Positions 14,834 to 29,800 of a stretch of DNA of 64,000 nucleotides are shown here, one piece after another. The position numbers and the translations under genes were made by a program. A model generated the notes under the pieces. It saw nothing but the letters and a program-made list of their open reading frames with translations, did not search any database and was not told the origin of the DNA. Origin of the DNA: the human T2T-CHM13v2.0 reference genome, Homo sapiens; the NCBI RefSeq assembly GCF_009914755.1, contig NC_060925.1. One strand, given 5' to 3'. Every line of letters starts with the position of its first letter. The first letter of the stretch is position 1.

Positions 14834-17515
14834 ATGAAATTGAAATGGATGGACTCATCATCGAATGGATTCGAATGGAATCATCGAATAAAATTGATTG
14901 AAATCATCAACAAATGGAATCGAATGGTATCATTGAATGGAATCTAATGGAATCATCATCAGATGGAAATGAATGGAATCGTCATAGAATGGAATCGAAT
15001 GGATTCATTGAATGGAATCAGATGGAATCATCGAATGGACTGGAATGGAATCATTGAATGGACTCGAAAGGATTCATTATTGAATGGAATTGAATGGAAT
15101 CATGGAATGGTCTCGATTGGAATCATTATCAAATGGAATCGAATGGAATCACCAAATAGAATCGAATGGAACAATCATCGAATGGACTCCAATGGAATTA
15201 TCCTCAAATGGAATCGAATGGAATTATCGAATGCAATCGAATGGAATTATCGAATGCAATCGAATAGAATCATCGAATGGACTCGAATGGAATCATCGAA
15301 TGGAATGGAATGGAACAGTCAATGAACTCGAATGGAATCATCATTGAATGGAATCGAATGGAATCATTGAGTGGAATCGAATGGAATTATGATCAAATGG
15401 AATCGAATGTAATCATCATCAAATGGAATCAAAGATAACCATCATCAATTGGTATTGAATGGAATTGTCATCAAATGGAATTCAAAGGAATCATCACCAA
15501 ATGGAACCGAAAGGAATCCTCATTGAATGGAAATGAAAGGGGTCATCATCTAATGGAATCGCATGGAATCATCATCAAATGGAATCGAATGGAATCATCA
15601 TCAGATGGAATCTAATGGAATCATTGAACAGAATTGAATGGAATCGTCATCGAATGAATTGAATGCAATCATCGAATGGTCTCGAACGGAATCATCTTCT
15701 AATGGAAAGGAATGGAATCATCGCATAGAACCGAATGGAATTAACATTGAATGGACTCGAATGGAATCAACATCAAACGGAATCAAGCGGAATTATCGAA
15801 TGGAATCGAAGAGAATCATCGAATGGACCCGAATGGAATCATCTAATGGAATGGAATGGAATAATCCACGGATTCGAATGCAATCATCATCGTATAGAAT
15901 CGAATGGAATCATCGAAAGGACTCGAAAGGAATAATCATTGAACGGAATCGAATGGAATCATCATCGGATGGAAAGGAATGGAATCATCATCGAATGGAA
16001 ATGAAAGGAGTCATCATCTAATGGAATTGCATGGAATCATCATAAAATGGAATCGAATGGAATCATCATCAAATGGAATCAAATGGAATCATTGAACGGA
16101 ATTGAATGGAATCGTCATCGAATGAATTGAATGCAATCATCGAATGGTCTCGAATGGAATCATCTTCAAATGGAATGGAATGGAATCATCGCATAGAATC
16201 GAATGGAATTATCATCGAATGGAATCGAATGGTATCAACATCAAACGGAAAAAAACGGAATTATCGAATGGAATCGAAGAGAATCATCGAACGGACCCGC
16301 ATGGAATCATCTAATGGAATGGAATGGAATAATCCATGGACTCGAATGCAATCATCATCGAATGGAATCGAATGGAATCATTGAATGGACTCGAATGGAA
16401 TAATCATTGAACGGAATCGAATGGAATCATCATCGGATGGAAATGAATGGAATCATCATCGAATGGAATTGAATAGAATTATGGAATGAAATCCAGTGTG
16501 ATCATCATCGAATGGACCCGAATGGAATCATCATCCAACGGAAGCTAATGGAATCAACATCGAATGAATCGAATGGAAACACCATCGAATTGAAACGAAT
16601 GGAATTATCATGAAATTGAAATGGATGGACTCATCATCGAATGGATTCGAATGGAATCATCGAATAAAATTGATTGAAATCATCATCGAATGGAATCGAA
16701 TGGTATCATTGAATGGAATCGAATGGAATCATCATCAGATGGAAATGAATGGAATCGTCATAGAATGGAATCGAATGGATTCATTGAATAGAATCAGATG
16801 GAATCATCGAATGGACTGGAATGGAATCATTGAATGGACTCGAAAGGGATCATGATTGAATGGAATTGAATGGAATCATCGAATGGTCTCGATTGGAATC
16901 ATTATCAAATGGAATCGAATGGAATCACCGAATAGAATCGAATGGAACAATCATCGAATGGACTCAAATGGAATTATCCTCCAATGGAATCGAATGGAAT
17001 TATCGAATGCAATCGAATGGAATTATCGAATGCAATCGAATAGAATCATCGAAAGGACTCGAATGGAATCATCGAAAGGAATGGAATGGAACAGTCAATG
17101 AACTCGAATGGAATCATCATTGAATGGAATCGAATGGAATCATCGAGTGGAATCGAATGGAATTATGATCAAATGGAATCGAATGTAAGCATCATCAAAT
17201 GGAATCAAAAATAACCATCATCAATTGGTATTGAATGGAATTGTCATCAAATGGAATTCAAAGGAATCATCATCAAATGGAACCGAATGGAATCCTCATT
17301 GAATGGAAATGAAAGGGGTAATCATCTAATGGAATCGCATGGAATCATCATCAAATGGAATCGAATGGAATCATCATCAAATGGAATCTAATGGAATCAT
17401 TGAAAAGAATTGAATGGAATCATCATCGAATGAATTGAATGCAATCATCGAATGGTCTCGAATGGAATCATCTTCTAATGGAAAGGAATGGAATCATCGC
17501 ATAGAATCGAATGGA
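6770..17515 (+). repeat. 6731-bp tandem duplication whose second copy lacks 2244 bp and 468 bp
   Basis: The offset between matching variants steps from 6731 (7132/13863, 7600/14331, 8232/14963) to 4487 (10597/15084, 11151/15638) to 4019 (12087/16106, 12591/16610, 12837/16856). Confidence 0.85.
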
Positions 17516-19322
17516 ATTATCATCGAATGGAATCGAATGGTATGAACACCAAACGGAAAAAAACGGAATTATCGAATGGAATCGAAGAGAATCTTCGAAC
17601 GGACCCGAATGGAATCATCTAATGGAATGGAATGGAATAATCCATGGACTCGAATGCAATCATCATCGAATGGAATCGAATGGAATCATCGAATGGACTC
17701 GAATGGAATAATCATTGAACGGAATCGAATGGAATCATCATCGGATGGAAATGTATGGAATCATCATCGAATGGAAATGAAAGGAGTCATCATCTAATGG
17801 AATTGCATGGAATCATCATAAAATGGAATCGAATGGAATCAACATCAAATGGAATCCAATGGAATCATTGAACGGAATTGAATGGAATCGTCATCGAATG
17901 AATTGAATGCAATCATCGAATGGTCTCGAATGGAATCATCTTCAAATGGAATGGAATGGAATCATCGCATAGAATCGAATGGAATTATCATCGAATGGAA
18001 TCGAATGGAATCAACATCAAACGGAAAAAAACGGAATTATCGAATGGAATCGAAGAGAATCATCGAACGGACCCGAATGGAATCATCTAATGGAATGGAA
18101 TGGAATAATCCATGGACTCGAATGCAATCATCATCGAATGGAATCGAATGGAGTCATCGAATGGACTCGAATGGAATAATCATTGAACGGAATCGAATGG
18201 AATCATCATCGGATGGAAACGAATGGAATCATCATTGAATGGAAATGAAAGGAGTCATCATCTAATGGAATTGCATGGAATCATCATAAAATGGAATCGA
18301 ATGGAATCAACATCAAATGGAATCAAATGGAATCATTGAACGGAATTGAATGGAATCGTCATCGAATGAATTGAATGCAATCATCGAATGGTCTCGAATG
18401 GAATCATCTTCAAATGGAATGGAATGGAATCATCGCATAGAATCGAATGGAATTATCATCGAATGGAATCGAATGGAATCAACATCAAACGGAAAAAAAC
18501 GGAATTATCGAATAGAATCGAAGAGAATCATCGAACGGACCCGAATGGAATCATCTAATGGAATGGAATGGAATAATCCATGGACTCGAAGGCAATCATC
18601 ATCGAATGGAATCGAATGGAATCATCGAATGGACTCGAATGGAATAATCATTGAACGGAATCGAATGGAATCATCATCGGATGGAAACGAATGGAATCAT
18701 CATCGAATGGAAATGAAAGGAGTCATCATCTAATGGAATTGCATGGAATCATCATAAAATGGAATCGAATGGAATCAACATCAAATGGAATCAAATGGAA
18801 TCATTGAACGGAATTGAATGGAATCGTCATCGAATGAATTGAATGCAATCATCGAATGGTCTCGAATGGAATCATCTTCAAATGGAATGGAATGGAATCA
18901 TCGCATAGAATCGAATGGAATTATCATCGAATGGAATCGAATGGAATCAACATCAAACGGAAAAAAACGGAATTATCGAATGGAATCGAAGAGAATCATC
19001 GAATGGACCCGAATGGAATCATCTAATGGAATGGAATGGAATAATCCATGGACTCGAATGCAATCATCATCGAATGGAATCGAATGGAATCATCGAATGG
19101 ACTCGAATGGAATAATCATTGAACGGAATCGAATGGAATCATCATCGGATGGAAATGAATGGAATCATCATCGAATGGATATCGAATAGAAATATGGAAT
19201 GAAATCCAGTGTGATCATCATCGAATGGACCCGAATGGAATCATCATCCAACGAATGCTAATGGAATCAACATCGAATGAATCGAATGGAAACACCATCA
19301 AATTGAAACGAATGGAATTATC
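16610..19322 (+). repeat. ~2712-bp unit with four 468-bp modules
   Basis: Module starts are at 17414, 17882, 18350 and 18818, and the unit length is 2713. The same class occurs at 27039-29747 (2709), 31523-34234 (2712) and 35566-38277 (2712). Confidence 0.9.
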
Positions 19323-21098
19323 ATGAAATTGAAATGGATGGACTCATCATCGGATGGATTCGAATGGAATCATGGAATAAAATTAATTGAAATCATCATC
19401 AAATGGAATCGAATGGTATCATTGAATGGAATCGAATGGAATCATCATCAGATGGAAATGAATGGAATCGTCATAGAATGGAATCGAATGGATTCATTGA
19501 ATGGAATCAGATGGAATCATCGAATGTACTGGAATGGAATCATTGAATGGACTCGAAAGGGATCATTATTGAATGGAATTGAATGGAATCATCGAATGGT
19601 CTCGATTGGAATCATTATCAAATGGAATCGAATGGAATCACCGCATAGAATAGAATGGAACAATCATCGAATGGACTCAAATGGAATTATCCTCAAATGG
19701 AATCGAATGGAATTATCGAATGCAATCGAATGGAATTATCGAATGCAATCGAATAGAATCATCGAATGGACTCGAATGGAATCATCGAATGGAATGGAAT
19801 GGAACAGTCAATGAACTCGAATGGAATCATCATTGAATGGAATCGAATGGAATCATCGAGTGGAATCGAATGGAATTATGTTCAAATGGAATCGAATGTA
19901 ATCATCATCAAATGGAATCAAAAATAACCATCATCAATTGGTATTGAATGGAATTGTCATCAAATGGAATTCAAAGGAATCATCATCAAATGGAACCGAA
20001 TGGAATCCTCATTGAATGGAAATGAAAGGGGTCATCATCTAATGGAATCCCATGGAATCATCATCAAATGGAATCGAATGGAATCATCATCAAATGGAAT
20101 CTGATGGAATCATTGAACAAAATTGAATGGAATCGTCATCGAATGAATTGAATGCAATCATCGAATGGTCTCGAATGGAATCATCTTCTAATGGAAAGGA
20201 ATGGAATCATCGCTTAGAATCGAATGGAATTAACATTGAATGGACTCGAATGGAATCAACATCAAATGGAATCAAGCGGAATTATCGAATGGAATCGAAG
20301 AGAATCATCGACTGGACTCGAATGGAATAATCTAATGGAATTGAATAGAATAATCCACGGACTCGAATGCAATCATCATCGTGTAGAATCGAATGGAATC
20401 ATCGAATGGACTCGAATGGAATAATCATTGAACGGAATCGAATGGAATCATCATCGGATGGAAACGAATGGAATCATCATCGAATGGAAATGAAAGGAGT
20501 CATCATCTAATGGAATTGCATGGAATCATCATAAAATGGAATCGAATGGAATCAACATCAAATGGAATCAAATGGAATCATTGAACGGAATTGAATGGAA
20601 TCGTCATCGAATGAATTGAATGCAATCATCGAATGGTCTCGAATGGAATCATCTTCAAATGGAATGGAATGGAATCATCGCATAGAATCGAATGGAATTA
20701 TCATCGAATGGAATCGAATGGAATCAACATCAAACGGAAAAAAACGGAATTATCGAATGGAATCGAAGAGAATCATCGGACGGACCCGAATGGAATCATC
20801 TAATGGAATGGAATGGAATAATCCATGGACTCGAATGCAATCATCATCGAATGGAATCGAATGGAATCATCGAATGGACTCGAATGGAATAATCATTGAA
20901 CGGAATCGAATGGAATCATCATCGGATGGAAATGAATGCAATCATCATCGAATGGAATCGAATAGAATTATGGAATGAAATCCAGTGTGATCATCATCGA
21001 ATGGACCCGAATGGAATCATCATCCAACGGAAGCTAATGGAATCAACATCAAATGAATCGAATGGAAACACCATGGAATTGAAACGAATGGAATTATC

Positions 21099-24000
21099 AT
21101 GAAATTGAAATGGATGGACTCATCATCGGATGGATTCGAATGGAATCATCGAATAAAATTGATTGAAATCATCACCAAATGGAATCGAATGGTATCATTG
21201 AATGGAATCGAATGGAATCATCATCAGATGGAAATGAATGGAATCGTCATAGAATGGAATCGAATGGATTCATTGAATGGAATCAGATGGAATCATCGAA
21301 TGGACTGGAATGGAATCATTGAATGGACTCGAAAGGGATCATTATTGAATGGAATTGAATGGAATCATCGAATGGTCTCGATTGGAATCATTATCAAATG
21401 GAATCGAATGGAATCACCGCATAGAATCGAATGGAACAATCATCGAATGGACTCAAATGGAATTATCCTCAAATGGAATCGAATGGAATTATGGAATGAA
21501 ATCGAATGGAATTATCGAATGCAATCGAATAGAATCATCGAATGGACTCGAATGCAATCATCGAATGGAATGGAATGGAACAGTCAATGAACTCGAATGG
21601 AATCATCATTGAATGGAATCGAATGGAATCATCGAGTGGAATCGAATGGAATTATGATCAAATGGAATCGAGTGTAATCATCATCAAATGGAATCAAAAA
21701 TAACCATCATCAATTGGTATTCAATGGAATTGTCATCAAATGGAATTCAAAGGTATCATCATCAAATGGAACCGAATGGAATCCTCATTGAATGGAAATG
21801 AAAGGGGTCATCATCTAATGGAATCGCATGGAATCATCATCAAATGGAATCGAATGGAATCAACATCAAATGGAATCAAATGGAATCATTGAACGGAATT
21901 GAATGGAATCGTCATCGAATGAATTGAATGCAATCATCGAATGGTCTCGAATGGAATCATCTTCAAATGGAATGGAATGGAATCATCGCATAGAATCGAA
22001 TGGAATTATCATCGAATGGAATCGAATGGAATCAACATCAAACAGAAAAAAACGGAATTATCGAATGGAATCGAAGAGAATCATCGAACGGACCCGAATG
22101 GAATCATCTAATGGAATGGAATGGAATAATCCATGGACTCGAATGCAATCATCATCGAATGGAATCGAATGGAATCATCGAATGGACTCGAATGGAATAA
22201 TCATTGAACGGAATCGAATGGAATCATCATCGGATGGAAACGAATGGAATCATCATCGAATGGAAATGAAAGGATTCATCATCTAATGGAATTGCATGGA
22301 ATCATCATAAAATGGAATCGAATGGAATCAACATCAAATGGAATCAAATGGAATCACTGAACGGAATTGAATGGAATCGTCATCGAATGAATTGAATGCA
22401 ATCATCGAATGGTCTCGAATGGAATCATCTTCAAATGGAATGGAATGGAATCATCGCATAGAATCGAATGGAATTATCATCGAATGGAATCGAATGGAAT
22501 CAACATCAAACGGAAAAATCGGAATTATCGTATGGAATCGAAGAGAATCATCGAATGGACCCGAATGGAATCATCTAATGGAGTGGAATGGAATAATCCA
22601 TGGACTCGAATGCAATCATCATCGAATGGAATCGAATGGAATCATCGAATGGACTCGAATGGAATAATCATCGAACGGAATCGAATGGAGTCATCATCGG
22701 ATGGAAATGAATGGAATCATCATCGAATGGAATCGAATAGAATTATGGAATGAAATCCAGTGTGATCATCATCGAATGGACCCGAATGGAATCATCATCC
22801 AACGGAAGCTAATGGAATCAACATCGAATGAATCGAATGGAAACACCATCGAATTGAAACGAATGGAATTATCATGAAATTGAAATGGATGGACTCATCA
22901 TCGAATGGATTCGAATGGAATCGTCGAATAAAATTGATTGAAATCATCATCCAATGGAATCGAATGGTATCATTGAATGGAATCGAATGGAATCATCATC
23001 AGATGGAAATGAATGGAATCGTCATAGAATGGAATCGAATGGATTCATTGAATGGAATCAGATGGAATCATCGAATGGACTGGAATGGAATCATTGAATG
23101 GACTCGAAAGGGATCATTATTGAATGGAATTGAATGGAATCATCGAATGGTCTCGATTGGAATCATTATCAAATGGAATCGAATGGAATCACCGAATAGA
23201 ATCGAATGGAACAATCATCGAATGGACTCAAATGGAATTATCCTCAAATGGAATCGAATGGAATTATCGAATGCAATCGAATGGAATTATCGAATGCAAT
23301 CGAATAGAATCATCGAATGGACTCGAATGGAATCATCGAATGGAATGGAATGGAACAGTCAATGAACTCGAATGGAATCATCATTGAATGGAATCGAATG
23401 GAATCATCGAGTGGAATCGAATGGAATTATGATCAAATGGAATCGAATGTAATCATCATCAAATGGAATCAAAAATAACCATCATCAATTGGTATTGAAT
23501 GGAATTCTCATCAAATGGAATTCAAAGGAATCATCATCAAATGGAACTGAATGGAATCCTCATTGAATGGAAATGAAAGGGGTCATCATCTAATGGAATC
23601 GCATGGAATCATCATCAAATGGAATCGAATGGAATCATCATCAAATGGAATCTGATGGAATCATTGAACAGAATTGAATGGAATCGTCATCGAATGAATT
23701 GAATGCAATCATCGAATGGTCTCGAATGTAATCACATTCTAATGGAAAGGAATGGAATCATCGCATAGAATCGAATGGAATTAACATTGAATGGACTCGA
23801 ATGGAATCAACATCAAACGGAATCAAGCGGAATTATCGAATGGAATCGAAGAGAATCATCGAATGGTCTCGAATGGAATCATCTTCTAATGGAAAGGAAC
23901 GGAATCATCGCATAGAATGGAATGGAATTAACATTGAATGGACTCGAATGGAATCAACATCAAATGGAATCAAGCGGAATTATCGAATGAAATCGAAGAG

Positions 24001-26830
24001 AATCATCGAATGGACTCGAATGGAATCATCTAATGGAATGGAATGGAATAATCCACGGACTCGAATGCAATCATCATCGTATAGAATCGAATGGAATCAT
24101 CGAAAGGACTCGAATGGAATAACCATTGAACGGAATCGAATGGAATCATCATCGGATGGAAACGAATGGAATCATCATCGAATGGAAATGAAAGGAGTCA
24201 TCATCTAATGGAATTGCATGGAATCATCATAAAATGGAATCGAATGGAATCGTCATCAAATGGAATCAAATGGAATCATTGAACGGAATTGAATGGAATC
24301 GTCATCGAATGAATTGAATGCAATCATCGAATGGTCTCGAATGGAATCATCTTCAAATGGAATGGAATGGAATCATCGCATAGAATCGAATGGAATTATC
24401 ATCGAATGGAATCGAATGGAATCAACATCAAACGGAAAAAAACGGAATTATCGAATGGAATCGAAGAGAATCATCGAACGAACCCGAATGGAATCATCTA
24501 ATGGAATGGAATGGAATAATCCATGGACTCGAATGCAATCATCATCGAATGGAATCGAATGGAATCATCGAATGGACTCGAATGGAATAATCATTGAACG
24601 GAATCGAATGGAATCATCATCGGATGGAAACGAATGGAATCATCATCGAATGGAAATGAAAGGAGTCATCATCTAATGGAATTGCATGGAATCATCGTAA
24701 AATGGAATCGAATGGAATCAACATCAAATGGAATCAAATGGAATCATTGAACGGAATTGAATGGAATCGTCATCGAATGAATTGAATGCAATCATCGAAT
24801 GGTCTCGAATGGAATCATCTTCAAATGGAATGGAATGGAATCATCGCATAGAATCGAATGGAATTATCATCGAATGGAATCGAATGGAATCAACATCAAA
24901 CGGAAAAATCGGAATTATCAAATGGAATCGAAGAGAATCATCGAATGGACCCGAATGGAATCATCTAATGGAGTGGAATGGAATAATCCATGGACTCGAA
25001 TGCAATCATCATCGAATGGAATCGAATGGAATCATCGAATGGACTCGAATGGAATAATCATCGAACGGAATCGAATGTAGTCACCATCGGATGGAAATGA
25101 ATGGAATCATCATCGAATGGAATCGAATAGAATTATGGAATGAAATCCAGTGTGATCATCATCGAATGGACCCGAATGGAATCATCATCCAACGGAAGCT
25201 AATGGAATCAACATCGAATGAATCGAATGGAAACACCATCGAATTGAAACGAATGGAATTATCATGAAATTGAAATGGATGGACTCATCATCGGATGGAT
25301 TCGAATGGAATCATCGAATAAAATTGATTGAAATCATCACCAAATGGAATCGAATGGTATCATTGAATGGAATCGAATGGAATCATCATCAGATGGAAAT
25401 GAATGGAATCGTCATAGAATGGAATCGAATGGATTCATTGAATGGAATCAGATGGAATCATCGAATGGACTGGAATGGAATCATTGAATGGACTCGAAAG
25501 GGATCATTATTGAATGGAATTGAATGGAATCATCGAATGGTCTCGATTGGAATCATTATCAAATGGAATCGAATGGAATCACCGCATAGAATCGAATGGA
25601 ACAATCATCGAATGGACTCAAATGGAATTATCCTCAAATGGAATCGAATGGAATTATGGAATGCAATCGAATGGAATTATCGAATGCAATCGAATAGAAT
25701 CATCGAATGGACTCGAATGCAATCATCGAATGGAATGGAATGGAACAGTCAATGAACTCGAATGGAATCATCATTGAATGGAATCGAATGGAATCATCGA
25801 GTGGAATCGAATGGAATTATGATCAAATGGAATCGAGTGTAATCATCATCAAATGGAATCAAAAATAACCATCATCAATTGGTATTCAATGGAATTGTCA
25901 TCAAATGGAATTCAAAGGTATCATCATCAAATGGAACCGAATGGAATCCTCATTGAATGGAAATGAAAGGGGTCATCATCTAATGGAATCGCATGGAATC
26001 ATCATCAAATGGAATCGAATGGAATCAACATCAAATGGAATCAAATGGAATCATTGAACGGAATTGAATGGAATCGTCATCGAATGAATTGAATGCAATC
26101 ATCGAATGGTCTCGAATGGAATCATCTTCAAATGGAATGGAATGGAATCATCGCATAGAATCGAATGGAATTATCATCGAATGGAATCGAATGGAATCAA
26201 CATCAAACAGAAAAAAACGGAATTATCGAATGGAATCGAAGAGAATCATCGAACGGACCCGAATGGAATCATCTAATGGAATGGAATGGAATAATCCATG
26301 GACTCGAATGCAATCATCATCGAATGGAATCGAATGGAATCATCGAATGGACTCGAATGGAATAATCATTGAACGGAATCGAATGGAATCATCATCGGAT
26401 GGAAACGAATGGAATCATCATCGAATGGAAATGAAAGGATTCATCATCTAATGGAATTGCATGGAATCATCATAAAATGGAATCGAATGGAATCAACATC
26501 AAATGGAATCAAATGGAATCACTGAACGGAATTGAATGGAATCGTCATCGAATGAATTGAATGCAATCATCGAATGGTCTCGAATGGAATCATCTTCAAA
26601 TGGAATGGAATGGAATCATCGCATAGAATCGAATGGAATTATCATCGAATGGAATCGAATGGAATCAACATCAAACGGAAAAATCGGAATTATCGTATGG
26701 AATCGAAGAGAATCATCGAATGGACCCGAATGGAATCATCTAATGGAGTGGAATGGAATAATCCATGGACTCGAATGCAATCATCATCGAATGGAATCGA
26801 ATGGAATCATCGAATGGACTCGAATGGAAT
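21099..26830 (+). repeat. Near-identical unit pair at 4165-bp offset
   Basis: 21099/25264, 21903/26068 and 22371/26536 share TCGGATGGATT, ATCACCAAAT, CACCGCATAG, CGAGTGTAAT, AACAGAAAAAA, AGGATTCATC, CACTGAACGG and GGAAAAATCGG. Confidence 0.85.
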
Positions 26831-29800
26831 AATCATTGAACGGAATCGAATGGAATCATCATCGGATGGAAATGAATGGAATCATCATCGAATGGAATCG
26901 AATAGAATTATGGAATGAAATCCAGTGTGATCATCATCGAATGGACCCGAATGGAATCATCATCCAACGGAAGCTAATGGAATCAACATCGAATGAATCG
27001 AATGGAAACACCATCGAATTGAAACGAATGGAATTATCATGAAATTGAAATGGATGGACTCATCATCGAATGGATTCGAATGGAATCATCGAATAAAATT
27101 GATTGAAATCATCATCAAATGGAATCGAATGGTATCATTGAATGGAATCGAATGGAATCATCATCAGATGGAAATGAATGGAATCGTCATAGAATGGAAT
27201 CGAATGGATTCATTGAATGGAATCAGATGGAATCATCGAATGGACTGGAATGGAATCATTGAATGGACTCGAAAGGGATCATTATTGAATGGAATTGAAT
27301 GGAATCATCGAATGGTCTCGATTGGAATCATTACCAAATGGAATCGAATGGAATCACCGAATAGAATCGAATGGAACAATCATCGAATGGACTCAAATGG
27401 AATTACCCTCAAATGGAATCGAATGGAATTATCGAATGCACTCGAATGGAATTATCGAATGCATTCGAATAGAATCATCGAATGGACTCGAATGGAATCA
27501 TCGAATGGAATGGAATGGAACAGTCAATGAACTCGAATGGAATCATCATTGAATGGAATCGAATGGAATCATCGAGTGGAATCGAATGGAATTATGATCA
27601 AATGGAATCGAATGTAATCATCAACAAATGGAATCAAAAATAACCATCATCAATTGGTATTGAATGGAATTGTCATCAAATGGAATTCAAAGGAATCATC
27701 ATCAAATGGAACCGAATGGAATCCTCATTGAATGGAAATGAAAGGGGTCATCATCTAAAGGAATCGCATGGAATCATCATCAAATGGAATCGAATGGAAT
27801 CATCATCAAATGGAATCTAATGGAATCATTGAACAGAATTGAATGGAATCGTCATCAAATGAATTGAATGCAATCATCGAATGGTCTCGAATGCAATCAT
27901 CTTCTAATGGAAAGGAATGGAATCATCGCATAGAATCGAATGGAATTAACATTGAATGGACTCGAATGGAATCAACATCAAACGGAATCAAGCGGAATTA
28001 TCGAATGTAATCGAAGAGAACCATCGAATGGACTCGAATGGAATCATCTAATGGAAAGGAATGGAATAATCCCCGGACTCGAATGCAATCATCATCGTAT
28101 AGAATCGAATGGAATCATTGAATGGACTCGAATGGAATAATCATTGAACAGAATCGAATGGAATCATCATCGGATAGAAACGAATGGAATCATCATCGAG
28201 TGGAAATGAAAGGAGTCATCATCTAATGGAATTTCATGGAATCATCATAAAATGGAATCGAATGGAATCAACATCAAATGGAATCAAATGGAATCATTGA
28301 ACGGAATTGAATGGAATCGTCATCGAATGAATTGAATGTAATCATCGAATGGTCTCGAATGGAATCATCTTCAAATGGAATGGAATGGAATCATCGCATA
28401 GAATCGAATGGAATTATCATCGAATGTTATCGAATGGTATCAACAACAAACGGAACAAAACGGAATTATCGAATGGAATCGAAGAGAATCATCGAACGGA
28501 CCCGAATGGAATCATCTAATGGAATGGAATGTTATAATCCATGGACTCGAATGCAATCATCATCGAATGGAATCGAATGGAATCATCGAATGGAACCGAA
28601 TGGAATAATCATTGAACGGAATCGAATGGAATCATCATCGGATGGAAACGAATGGAATCATCATCGAATGGAAATGAAAGGAGTCATCTAATGGAATTGC
28701 ACGGAATCAACATAAAATGGAATCGAATGGAATCAACATCAAATGGAATCAAATGGAATCATTGAACAGAATTGAATGGAATCGTCATCGAATGAATTGA
28801 ATGCAATCATCGAATGGTCTCGAATGGAATCATCTTCTAATGGAAAGGAATGGAATCATCGCATAGAATCGAATGGAATTAACATTGAATGGACTCGAAT
28901 GGAATCAACATCAAACGGAATCAAGCGGAATTATCGAATGGAATCGAAGAGAATCATCGAATGGACTCGAATGGAATCATCTAATGGAATGGAATGGAAT
29001 AATCCATGGACTCGAATGCAATCATCATCGAATGGAATCGAATGGAATCATCGAATGGACTCGAATGGAATAATCATTGAACGGAATCGAATGGAATCAT
29101 CATCGGATGGAAACGAATGGAATCATCATCGAATGGAAATGAAAGGAGTCATCATCTAATGGAATTGCATGGAATCATCATAAAATGGAATCGAATGGAA
29201 TCGACATCAAATGGAATCAAATGGAATCATTGAAAGAAATTGAATGGAATCGTCGTCGAATGAATTGAATGCAATCATCGAATGGTCTCGAATGGAATCA
29301 TCTTCAAATGGAATGGAATGGAATCATCGCATAGAATCGAATGGAATTATCATCGAATGGAATCGAAAGGTATCAACAACAAACGGAAAAAAACGGAATT
29401 ATCGAATGGAATCGAAGAGAATCTTCGAACGGACCCGAATGGAATCACCTAATGGAATGGAATGGAATAATACATGGACTGTAATGCAATCATCATCGAA
29501 TGGAATCGAATGGAATCATCGAATGGACTCGAATGGAATAATCATTGAACGGAATCGAATGGAATCATCATCGGATGGAAATGAATGGAATCATCATCGA
29601 ATGGAATCGAATAGAATTATGGAATGAAATCCAGTGTGATCATCATCGAATGGACCCGAATGGAATCATCATCCAACGGAAGCTAATGGAATCAACATCG
29701 AATGAATCGAATGGAAACACCATCGAATTGAAACGAATGGAATTATCATGAAATTGAAATGGATGGACTCATCATCGAATGGATTCGAATGGAATCATCG

